DNA of 33,978 bases from a virus (lineage: Duplodnaviria; Caudoviricetes): IMG/VR virus record IMGVR_UViG_3300037692_000500, positions 1-33,978 of that record. One strand, written 5' to 3'. The notes beneath the pieces were generated by a model. The model searched no databases and was not told where the DNA came from. It saw only the letters and a list, made by a program, of their open reading frames with translations. Positions within the stretch are counted from its first letter, which is position 1, and the number at the start of each line of letters is the position of its first letter. Made by a program: the position numbers and the translations under genes. Shown here in pieces: positions 26,220-33,978 of the stretch.

Positions 26220-26773
26220 ACCTTCTGATTTTCCGGAAAATTATTTTTATCAATGAGCTTGGGGGGAATAAAGATTTCTTGTACCGGTTCAGTGACCCTG
26301 ACGGCAGAGCCGGGCGGAGCGGTTACAGTTTCGGCCTTTGTCAATTTGACGTTTCGCATAATCCTGAAGCTGTGCTGTGCCTGCGGGAATGTGAGTTTAC
26401 CACTGATGAAATAGCCGGACTGAAGTCTCAAGCGATTGACGCGGAAAGCCTGGAATGGAAACTCGCGGAGAACAAACAAGTGGTTGATAGGTGGGACAAC
26501 AGGCAGATTGATCAAAGTTTGACTCATCCGGTTGATATCTGCATTCGGTCCGGAATCGACGTTGAAGAAAAGGCTATGTACCATCTCGCCGACTACCATA
26601 ATCAATTTTATATGAGCAAGGGCGGCAAGATGCACAGATTCCTGCTTGCATTGCAACGGCCTGTCACCCCGGAAGATATCCTTAATTTAAAGCTACATAC
26701 GCAGTGGGGAAAACTTCGGTCTGGTGATGTTCACCGGCGTTACAACAACATAGTAGCTATTCTCGGAGACTGA
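26216..26773 (+). CDS. Putative endolysin (lysozyme-like fold)
   Basis: Lysis-cassette position; NE..SGYSFG..QFD, DYHNQ, RRY motifs. Confidence 0.6.
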   Translation: MNLLIFRKIIFINELGGNKDFLYRFSDPDGRAGRSGYSFGLCQFDVSHNPEAVLCLRECEFTTDEIAGLKSQAIDAESLEWKLAENKQVVDRWDNRQIDQSLTHPVDICIRSGIDVEEKAMYHLADYHNQFYMSKGGKMHRFLLALQRPVTPEDILNLKLHTQWGKLRSGDVHRRYNNIVAILGD

Positions 26774-26776
26774 AAA

Positions 26777-27355
26777 ATGGATCTTGGCAAGATACTGAAA
26801 AAAGTCGGCGGTGCAGTTATTAAGGACATCCTCCCCGGAGGCGGTATTGCTTCCCTTGTTCTCGACGCCGTTAACGCTTTCCTTCCGGGCGATGACAAGT
26901 TGCCGGAGAACGCGACAGGGGACCAGGCTTTGACTGCAATAAGCAGTCTCCCCGCAGATCAGCAGGCGGCACTATTGAGCAAGCAGTTTGATGTTGAAAT
27001 AGCAGAGATTAACGGCTGGTCTCAAGTTGTCGAATCGCTCTCGAAAGCGGATGCTTCCGGATCTTCGACCCGCCCTGAAATTGCAAAGATGATGGCCGTG
27101 GTTGTGGCTTTCGCCGTTGTCCTTGCAACCAGCACATGGGCTATAGCTGTCTTGACAAACAAGGGCGAACTGCTGGCAAACCTGAATGGCTCGTGGCCTC
27201 TAATCGTCACTATTATTGGTACCCCGACCGCCCTGCTACGGGCTTATTTCGGGCTGCGCACAGATGAAAAAAAATCGAGGTATTCAGTGGCCTGTGGTGG
27301 AACTGTCCCGCAAAGTGGGATGTTCTCAACCATGGCCGCACTGATAAAGCGCTGA
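26777..27355 (+). CDS. Putative holin-like membrane protein
   Basis: TRP.I followed by two hydrophobic helices and YFG.R, resembling 3TM-type holins; next to the lysin. Confidence 0.55.
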   Translation: MDLGKILKKVGGAVIKDILPGGGIASLVLDAVNAFLPGDDKLPENATGDQALTAISSLPADQQAALLSKQFDVEIAEINGWSQVVESLSKADASGSSTRPEIAKMMAVVVAFAVVLATSTWAIAVLTNKGELLANLNGSWPLIVTIIGTPTALLRAYFGLRTDEKKSRYSVACGGTVPQSGMFSTMAALIKR

Positions 27356-27356
27356 C

Positions 27357-27605
27357 ATGCAGATTGTTGAGCTCATAGCCAAGTACGTTTGGCCGCTGGT
27401 CCTGGGGTGGAATATCTTTTTGTTCAACGGAGTGCGGGCGCAAGAGCTGGCACACATAGAGTACCGTTTGTTCGTCGCCGAAAACTATACGTCAAAAGCC
27501 GATCTGAAAAATATGTTTGATGGCTTTGAAAAAAGATTTGATGAGAAATTTTCAATGGTTGTGAAACTGGCCGATAACAAAAACCAACAATTCAACGGGA
27601 GATAA
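27357..27605 (+). CDS. Small membrane-anchored phage protein
   Basis: N-terminal hydrophobic helix then VAENY.SK.D pattern. Confidence 0.65.
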   Translation: MQIVELIAKYVWPLVLGWNIFLFNGVRAQELAHIEYRLFVAENYTSKADLKNMFDGFEKRFDEKFSMVVKLADNKNQQFNGR

Positions 27606-27610
27606 AGGAA

Positions 27611-27871
27611 ATGAGTGAAACAATTGTCATGAACATAAACGGGGAACGTGTGTCTTTTGACATCACGACCGACAACCACGAGCGCCTGATTAATGAGATG
27701 ATGCCGAACAATAAAGTCGGGCCTATGCATAATTTCCTGGTTCGAAGTGTGACTAAGGAATCTAAAGAAACGCTGATGCCGTTTCTGAAGAATCCCACGT
27801 CAGTAGTCACTATCGGGCAACATCTGATCGAAAAGTTTATCCCCCAATTAGAGATAACCGTGGGGGAGTAG
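27611..27871 (+). CDS. Tail assembly chaperone
   Basis: INEMMPNNKVGP.HNFL, P.LEITV; upstream of the tape measure gene. Confidence 0.85.
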   Translation: MSETIVMNINGERVSFDITTDNHERLINEMMPNNKVGPMHNFLVRSVTKESKETLMPFLKNPTSVVTIGQHLIEKFIPQLEITVGE

Positions 27872-28056
27872 AGAGGGTGGCGGAGGGTATTGAAAGAAAT
27901 GCCCTGTCTCAAATGGCGGTGTATTCCCGCAAATGGTTTCCAGGGCGCGAAGTGACAACCAGGTCCATGGGAGAGGCCGTTTTCTTAGAAAAAGATTTTT
28001 GGGACAAGCAGAGAATAGCCATTCAAAGCGGTATTTCCATGGCGTTTAAAGGGTAA
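27865..28056 (+). CDS. -1 frame extension of the tail chaperone (HP1-type DUF6890-like)
   Basis: Open -1 frame GVERVAEGIERNALSQM..KWFP..AVFLEKDFWDKQRIAIQSGISMAFKG, filling the gap up to the tape measure gene. Confidence 0.75.
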   Translation, partial: GVERVAEGIERNALSQMAVYSRKWFPGREVTTRSMGEAVFLEKDFWDKQRIAIQSGISMAFKG

Positions 28057-28061
28057 AACAG

Positions 28062-29837
28062 ATGTCAATGCTACAAAAATTGATGTTTTCGATTGGGCTC
28101 CTGGACAAAGTTTCCGGCCCTGCAGGTCGAATTCAAAAGACCCTGGGGAATGTTGCCGGCAAAGCCACGGAAAGTTTTGCCAAAATGGCCGGAGGTGCAG
28201 CGGGTGTTGTTGCCTCCGGTTACGCCATGACCTCTCTCGCCACCCCAGCCCATGATTTAAACCTTGCGCTTGGTGAGGTCCGCAGTCTTGATGTGGCGCA
28301 GAGCAGCCTTGATGCGCTCTCGAATTCGGCGGTTTCCTTTTCTGTTAAATATGGCGAGTCTGCCTCTGATTTCGTCAAATCATCTTATGATATTCAGTCC
28401 GCTATTGCCGGACTGCAGGGCAACGAGCTGGCATCATTTACCAATGCCTCCGCCGTTCTGGCAAAAGGTACCAAGTCGGATGCCGGGACCATCACGAACT
28501 ACATGGGCACCATGTACGGCATTTTCAAAAACTCTGCCGATAACATGGGCAAAGCTGAATGGGTTGAACAGCTCACCGGCCAGACGGCAACGGCGGTGCA
28601 GATGTTTAAGACCACCGGTAGCGGAATGGCTGAAGCATTCAGCAGCATAGGGGCAAGCGCCACGGCGGCGGGAATAGCGCAGTCCGAACAGATGGCAATC
28701 CTTGGCACGCTGCAGGCGACAATGACTGGCTCCGAAGCGGGAACAAAATACAAAGCGTTCTTGACAGGTGTCGGCGAGGCACAAGACAAGCTTGGTCTTA
28801 AGTTTACCGACTCTCAGGGCAACATGCTTGGGATGGTCGATATTTTGGGCAAGCTGCAGGGTAAATTCGGCAGCACGTTTGATGTCGCCGAATCGGACGC
28901 ATTGAAAAAAGCGTTCGGCTCTGATGAAGCTGTGGGCATGATCAAACTGTTAATGGCGGATACCACCGGCCTTGCCACGTCCATCGATTCAATCGGCAAA
29001 GTAACCGGGATGGATAAAGCCAAGGCTATGGCTAAGTCCATGGTCGATCCTTTCCAGCGCTGGAACCAGGGGATAAACGCGGTCAAGATCGGCTTAGGCC
29101 AGGCGTTGTTACCGATCCTCTACCCGCTATCTGAAAAACTGGCAGAGGGCGCAGGCTGGATCCACAATTGGACTCAACGCTCTCCGATGCTGACAAAAGT
29201 TATAGGGTTTACGGTTATCGGGGTCACGGCCCTGGTTGCCGGTTTCTCGATTTTCGCTATCGTTTGTGGGATGGCAAGCATGACTGCAGGGGCTTTCGGG
29301 GTTGTTATGGCGGTTATTACCAGCCCTGTCACCGGAATAATTCTTTTGATTGGCGGACTTATCGCAGGGGTTGCCGCGGCTGTCTACTATTGGGACACGT
29401 TTAAGGCAAGCATGGGTGATACGGCATGGGGCCGAATGTTGATCTTTGTTATGGAAAAGATCGGTTCCGTTTTTGCGTTTGTGTGGGACTCCTCGGTCCA
29501 GAGCTTCATGCAGTGGGGCGAAGCAATTGAATCTATGGTCATGCCCTACCTCAACATGCTCTCAGATGCCTTTTCTTCTATCGGCGACGCGGCCAATTGG
29601 GTGGCCGAAAAGTTCGGTTTCGGTGATGACAAAGTGGCGGCGCCGGCGTCATCCCCACACCTTGATGCTGCAAAAAAAGCGGAGGTCTTGCCGGGAGGCG
29701 CTTCCAAATCTATTGCCACCGCTGTGAACAACAACAGCACATCTGAATCACGGTCAGTCAATATCGGCTCGGTCACCACCAGCCGTCCGCTGAACAGCCA
29801 GGAAATAAACAATATGGCAATGATGGCGGGGGCATGA
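28062..29837 (+). CDS. Tail tape measure protein (TP901 family)
   Basis: ALGEVRSL, SYDIQSAIAGL, AVQMFKTTG, GSEAGTKYKAFL; Ala/Gly-rich. Confidence 0.95.
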   Translation: MSMLQKLMFSIGLLDKVSGPAGRIQKTLGNVAGKATESFAKMAGGAAGVVASGYAMTSLATPAHDLNLALGEVRSLDVAQSSLDALSNSAVSFSVKYGESASDFVKSSYDIQSAIAGLQGNELASFTNASAVLAKGTKSDAGTITNYMGTMYGIFKNSADNMGKAEWVEQLTGQTATAVQMFKTTGSGMAEAFSSIGASATAAGIAQSEQMAILGTLQATMTGSEAGTKYKAFLTGVGEAQDKLGLKFTDSQGNMLGMVDILGKLQGKFGSTFDVAESDALKKAFGSDEAVGMIKLLMADTTGLATSIDSIGKVTGMDKAKAMAKSMVDPFQRWNQGINAVKIGLGQALLPILYPLSEKLAEGAGWIHNWTQRSPMLTKVIGFTVIGVTALVAGFSIFAIVCGMASMTAGAFGVVMAVITSPVTGIILLIGGLIAGVAAAVYYWDTFKASMGDTAWGRMLIFVMEKIGSVFAFVWDSSVQSFMQWGEAIESMVMPYLNMLSDAFSSIGDAANWVAEKFGFGDDKVAAPASSPHLDAAKKAEVLPGGASKSIATAVNNNSTSESRSVNIGSVTTSRPLNSQEINNMAMMAGA

Positions 29838-30160
29838 TGGAACAATATTTCGACCTACTCATAACGGATGACGATCTGACCCCGGATGATGCGCAGAACC
29901 CTGTCATCATCTCCGACCGTGACGTGATCGCGCAGGATCTTGTCCATATGATCCGCGAGTCAGGATACCTTCCCCCGCTGGTCGGCAACCGGAACAGGGA
30001 TCTTTCCGAGCGGACAAAAGTAGAAATCACCATCGCCGTAGATAACGATTACCGGATTGTTCCGGGTTCCGCTTATATCGATGAGCCGGAGGCAGGTACC
30101 TTTTACCTTGTTGCAGATACTATTGATTTCGGGCCTGTGCAAATTTTTCTGGGGGTTTAA
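29834..30160 (+). CDS. Baseplate protein (HP1 type, DUF2590-like)
   Basis: YFDLLI, IAQD..H.IRESG, D.RIVPGS, T.DFG. Confidence 0.85.
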   Translation: MMEQYFDLLITDDDLTPDDAQNPVIISDRDVIAQDLVHMIRESGYLPPLVGNRNRDLSERTKVEITIAVDNDYRIVPGSAYIDEPEAGTFYLVADTIDFGPVQIFLGV

Positions 30161-31336
30161 ATGGCTGATTCGGTTTACAAAAAAATGGTGATAGCTGCAG
30201 GTATCCCGACTACTCAAGCAGAGATGCAGGCAAAGTGGAATGCGCTGAACGCGGCGGAGAATGTCAAAATTGCCAACGATTCGAATTGGTCCCCCTTCTG
30301 GCGATTAATTTCGGCGATTGTCACGACCCCGGCTGAGTGGCTGGTCGATCTGCTTATCACCTACGCCCTGCCCAATGCCTTTTTGCGGGATGCCACGGGC
30401 TCGTGGCTGGAGCTGCTGGCCTGGGCTGTGAACGTTGAAAGGAAGGTTGCCACAAAAACCACCGGGCAGGTACTCATCACTAAGGAAAACGCTGCTGTTG
30501 AAACCGTTATTCCGGCAGGATTATTTGTTGCCACCAACCCTATAAACGGGGTGGTTTATCGGGTCATGACAACTGAGCAGACCACCCTGCTAAGTGGTGT
30601 TTTGACGGCGCTGGTTCCCGTTGTAGCGGAGTTTGCCGGGGCTGGTCATAACCTCGGCCCTGGGTATTTTTCCGTTTTGCCGGAACAGATTACCGGAGTT
30701 TTGTCTGTATCAAACACGTCCGATTGGATACTCGTTGCCGGGGCGGATGCAGAATCGGACGAATCGCTCCGTCTTCGGTGCCGCAATCAATTTTCCGCTG
30801 TGGGGCAGTATCATCATGATGCCGCATACCGTGCGGACATCTCGTTGTTTGCCGGGATTCAGACCGATTATGTTTGGTTTGAGCACGGAGCGCCCAGGGG
30901 GGCCGGTTCGGCCAACGCCTATATCATGATTGATAGTGGGGCTCCGTCTCAGGAACTTGTCGATTCGATAAACGACTATATCACAACACAGGGCAATCAT
31001 GGCCATGGGGATGATCTGCTGTGTATGCCCATACCTCTGACGCCGTATCCGCTGGTTGTCACTGTTTACTATGACAGTTTCCTGGCTACAGATCGACAGG
31101 CGGCCCTGCAGACGGAAGTAACCAATATCATCCGCTATGCCTTCCGGGAAAATCAAAATTATACAGGTATAACAAGGACAATGCCCTTTGCCCGGCTGAG
31201 TTTTTCGAAATTGTCGGATGAATTGCATGATCTATTACCGGACCTCAAGAGTATTGCCTTTTCTCTGCCGGATATTATTTCGGCCATGGAGCTGGCAACA
31301 CTTGAATCATTAACCGTAAGTCTTGAGGTTGCGTAG
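30161..31336 (+). CDS. Baseplate J/gp47 family protein
   Basis: NDS.WSPFWRL, GAD.ESD..LRLR.RNQF, APRG.GSANA, G.HGHGDD. Confidence 0.92.
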   Translation: MADSVYKKMVIAAGIPTTQAEMQAKWNALNAAENVKIANDSNWSPFWRLISAIVTTPAEWLVDLLITYALPNAFLRDATGSWLELLAWAVNVERKVATKTTGQVLITKENAAVETVIPAGLFVATNPINGVVYRVMTTEQTTLLSGVLTALVPVVAEFAGAGHNLGPGYFSVLPEQITGVLSVSNTSDWILVAGADAESDESLRLRCRNQFSAVGQYHHDAAYRADISLFAGIQTDYVWFEHGAPRGAGSANAYIMIDSGAPSQELVDSINDYITTQGNHGHGDDLLCMPIPLTPYPLVVTVYYDSFLATDRQAALQTEVTNIIRYAFRENQNYTGITRTMPFARLSFSKLSDELHDLLPDLKSIAFSLPDIISAMELATLESLTVSLEVA

Positions 31337-31882
31337 ATGGGTGATCCGGTTTTACCAAAACTCTCGTTGCCGGCCTGGATGAGCCGGGGGGAAGTGGGGA
31401 AGATCGCGGCTGCAGCGTACGCCTGGTTTTCCCTGTTGGTTGGCTATGCGTTATGGCCCCTGCAACAACTCGACCCCATGACCTGCACTGAGCAAAGTCT
31501 GAATCTCGTGGCCTGGCAAAGGGACATCAGCCGCTTCCCGCAAGAGCCGCTTGCTCTCTATCGATTACGCGTGACACACGCTTACGCCAATGCAGTCGAT
31601 TCCGGCAGTGTGGCGGGTTTCAAGCGGATTTTCCAGCGCCTTGGTATCGGCTATATTGAGATAGATGAACGTATGGACGGACTGGACTGGGATGTCATAA
31701 ACATCACGATGTCCGCCACCCAACTTGCCGAAAACGAAAGCCTGCTGGAAGTCTTGATCCAGCAATACGGTAGGTCCTGCAGGCGGTACGGCTGGAATAT
31801 CATTACACCGATACCAATGGAAATCCAGGTTGTCGAATTTTCGAACGATACAATCACCTCACTTGCCATCATGGAGGAATAA
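31337..31882 (+). CDS. Phage tail protein (gpI-like baseplate wedge)
   Basis: LP.WM..GE, AWQRDI.RF..EP..LYRLRV..A..NA.D.GS..GF..IF.RLG, YGRSCRRY. Confidence 0.88.
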   Translation: MGDPVLPKLSLPAWMSRGEVGKIAAAAYAWFSLLVGYALWPLQQLDPMTCTEQSLNLVAWQRDISRFPQEPLALYRLRVTHAYANAVDSGSVAGFKRIFQRLGIGYIEIDERMDGLDWDVINITMSATQLAENESLLEVLIQQYGRSCRRYGWNIITPIPMEIQVVEFSNDTITSLAIMEE

Positions 31883-31887
31883 CGAGC

Positions 31888-32838
31888 ATGAGCAGTGCAA
31901 TTACCATAGTCGGACAAACGCGAATAAATCAACTGAGAGGGGCTGAGCAGCCGCTGATCATCGACAGGATGGTGCTGGCCTTGATACCAGGTCTTGATCC
32001 AACGCTGGCTGTGGACAGATCACAACAGATGCCGGACCCTGGCGATATTGTTCACACTGCGACTATCGCCCCCGGCCACAAAGGATATGTGGATCCGGAC
32101 CAGGTCGTTTATTCCATCATCCTCGGTTCAGATGTTGGTGATTTTTCTTTTAACTGGATAGGCCTTGTAGAGGCGGAAACAAACACAGTTATAGCCATTA
32201 CTTCCACTCCGGAGACACCGAAACGGGCGACGAATCTAGCCACAAACACAACCGGCAACAACATCACCCGTAATTTTATGATTGCGTTTCAGGACGCGCA
32301 GAATCTTACTGGTGTCACGGTTGGGGCTGAGACTTGGCAGTTTGATTACCAGGCCGTTTTAGCGGCGCATGAGGCGCTTGTTGTTAATCCTACGCAGGAA
32401 GGAGTGATTAAAAAACATGTCACTGATAGCCAGGCAAAAGTATGGCAGGATCATGCCGAAGATCCACATGCCTACGCCCCATTTGATGGCGATGCGTCGC
32501 AGGTTTTTAAGGCGGCTTTAGGTGTGGCTGGTGATGATGTGGTAGTTAAGTCTCAAGTATTTGGGGTCGGACAGACATGGCAAGACCTCACTGGAAGCCG
32601 AGCGTTGTCAACCACATATACAAACACAACTGGAAAACCAATCTGTGTAGCTGTGAGGGCAACCATTAACCCTGCAACAAATCTTACACTTAACACACTG
32701 GGGCTGGTGATATCTCAATCAGTTAATCCGGCCGGAACGCCAGTAACTGTCAGCGTTAATGGTGTTATTCAAAATGGAAACACCTATATCGTAGACGCAG
32801 TCGGTGGAGCATTAGTTAAATGGGGAGAGTTGAGATGA
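31888..32838 (+). CDS. Tail fibre protein
   Basis: N-terminal VVYS..LGSDVGDF.FNWIGL..TWQFD; C-terminal GVGQTWQD.T.SR....TYTNTTGKPI. Confidence 0.88.
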   Translation: MSSAITIVGQTRINQLRGAEQPLIIDRMVLALIPGLDPTLAVDRSQQMPDPGDIVHTATIAPGHKGYVDPDQVVYSIILGSDVGDFSFNWIGLVEAETNTVIAITSTPETPKRATNLATNTTGNNITRNFMIAFQDAQNLTGVTVGAETWQFDYQAVLAAHEALVVNPTQEGVIKKHVTDSQAKVWQDHAEDPHAYAPFDGDASQVFKAALGVAGDDVVVKSQVFGVGQTWQDLTGSRALSTTYTNTTGKPICVAVRATINPATNLTLNTLGLVISQSVNPAGTPVTVSVNGVIQNGNTYIVDAVGGALVKWGELR

Positions 32839-33350
32839 AATACTACAAAAACGGCGACGACAAAGTCTTTGCTTACGAGGTGGACGGATCCCAGGACCAT
32901 ATTATCCCTGCCAACCAAACCCCCATCACGGAAGCCGAGGCGGATGCATTACGAACGCCAGTCCTTACCACTGCCGAAGTATTGGAGCGCATAAAAACCG
33001 AATGTGACAGACAGGACGCCAAACCTTTTGAATACCCTGCTGGATTCGGAGTCTATTATAAGGTCACTTCTGCAATCAAAGAGACCATCGATTTCTGCGA
33101 GTTGTCCGGCTGCATTGACACCGACCCTCTCCCCGTGAATAACGGCTGCTGGGATAACGTTGATGGCACGATTTCCACGCCAATGACCGTTGCCGAACTC
33201 AAATCGCTGTACATATACGGTTACGGTATCCCTGCTCATAATTACAGCAACATGAAGGCCCATATTGCGGCGCTTATGTTGTTGGCCGGAAACGAAAATT
33301 CTTCGCCGGAGGAAATAGGAAATTATGACTATTCAACCGGCTGGCGCTAA
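32835..33350 (+). CDS. Putative tail fibre assembly protein
   Basis: ATGA-coupled to the fibre gene; MKYYK...VFAYE.DGSQD..I...ITEAEA N-terminus. Confidence 0.7.
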   Translation: MKYYKNGDDKVFAYEVDGSQDHIIPANQTPITEAEADALRTPVLTTAEVLERIKTECDRQDAKPFEYPAGFGVYYKVTSAIKETIDFCELSGCIDTDPLPVNNGCWDNVDGTISTPMTVAELKSLYIYGYGIPAHNYSNMKAHIAALMLLAGNENSSPEEIGNYDYSTGWR

Positions 33351-33636
33351 GCAAGAAAATTGCACCTGGTGGCCCGACCTGTGGTATGGCGAATGCTGCA
33401 AATCCCACGACGAAACGGCACCGGACGAAAAATTTTCCTGGATCATGCAAAACTGGTGGCTGGCTTATTGTGTGTGGGCCTCAAGCTACAGTCCTAAAAA
33501 CTGCGACACCCCATGGAAGGTCATGTGGGGGCGATACCTTGCGCCTGTCCTGATGTTCCTGGGAACAACAACATTCGGCTGGTTCTGGCGATGGAAAGCA
33601 GCCGGGGCTAAGACACTCAATGAGGCCTTACCATGA
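33325..33636 (+). CDS. Hypothetical Cys/Trp-rich protein with PLA2-like CCxxHD motif
   Basis: CTWWPD..CCKSHD..MFLGT..FG; fills the gap between tail genes, ATGA overlap with the next gene. Confidence 0.6.
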   Translation: MTIQPAGAKQENCTWWPDLWYGECCKSHDETAPDEKFSWIMQNWWLAYCVWASSYSPKNCDTPWKVMWGRYLAPVLMFLGTTTFGWFWRWKAAGAKTLNEALP

Positions 33637-33978
33637 TGCAGCTTGATAGCTTCAAAATCCCGTGTAAAAATCTGAAAGTGACCGGCAGCATGGAGTTGCG
33701 AACAGAGGATATAGCCGGGGAAACCTCCGGTACCGACATGGTTGAAAAAGGAATCAAACCCAAAGTTATCAGGGTTTCCGGCTCCATTCCTTTTGCCATG
33801 CAGCAGGGACTGAAAGACCTGGTCAAAACTGCCGAGTCAAAAAATGACAAGGGTGAACAGAAGATCTTCACCATCACCAACAGAACCGCCAATGCAGCCG
33901 GGATAAGGCAGGTCCGTTTTGTTGAGCAATTGAGCTGGAATGAGGCCGATACTTTGCAGATGTGGGATGTCTCGTTTG
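33633..33978 (+). CDS. HP1-type tail/baseplate protein (5' part, runs off the window)
   Basis: MMQLDSFKIPCKNLKVTGSM...EDIAGETSGTD.VEKGIKPK...VSG.IPF, open to the window end. Confidence 0.75.
   Translation, partial: MMQLDSFKIPCKNLKVTGSMELRTEDIAGETSGTDMVEKGIKPKVIRVSGSIPFAMQQGLKDLVKTAESKNDKGEQKIFTITNRTANAAGIRQVRFVEQLSWNEADTLQMWDVSF

Larger units (their letters stand above)
15622..33978. mobile_element. P2-family prophage with HP1/K139-type tail module; continues beyond the window
   Basis: Q-P divergent from O-N-M-L, HP1-like sheath, tube, tape measure and baseplate order; bounded by att on the left. Confidence 0.95.

Noticed and set aside
31888-33350. Diversity-generating retroelement or invertible tail-fibre cassette
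   Set aside because: No template repeat, reverse transcriptase or invertase seen within the window

Overview
The window holds two mobile elements integrated in tandem, joined at a 27-bp copy of the tmRNA (ssrA) 3' end at 15622-15648 (minus strand). Left (<1-15648) is an integrative, probably mobilizable island. It carries AlpA, a replisome-organizer-type Rep with internal iterons, an oriT-like cluster of inverted repeats, a truncated tyrosine-recombinase-like protein (candidate MpsA-type relaxase) and a P4-family integrase. Its cargo is four co-directional genes: a Gabija pair, then an unusual coupled pair (a 1553-aa STAS-like/GHKL-ATPase/PRTase protein and a receiver-metallophosphoesterase fusion), which is the best candidate for an undescribed defence system. 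The cargo sits directly behind an attC-like hairpin interrupted by a 5' remnant of a group IIC intron. Right (15622->33978) is a P2-family prophage with an HP1/K139-type tail: ogr, portal, terminase, capsid, tail, lysis, tape measure, baseplate and fibre genes. It also has a nested-palindrome iteron region, a c4-like antisense RNA leader and a likely -1 frameshift in the tail chaperone. All calls come from reading motifs by eye; no searches were run.
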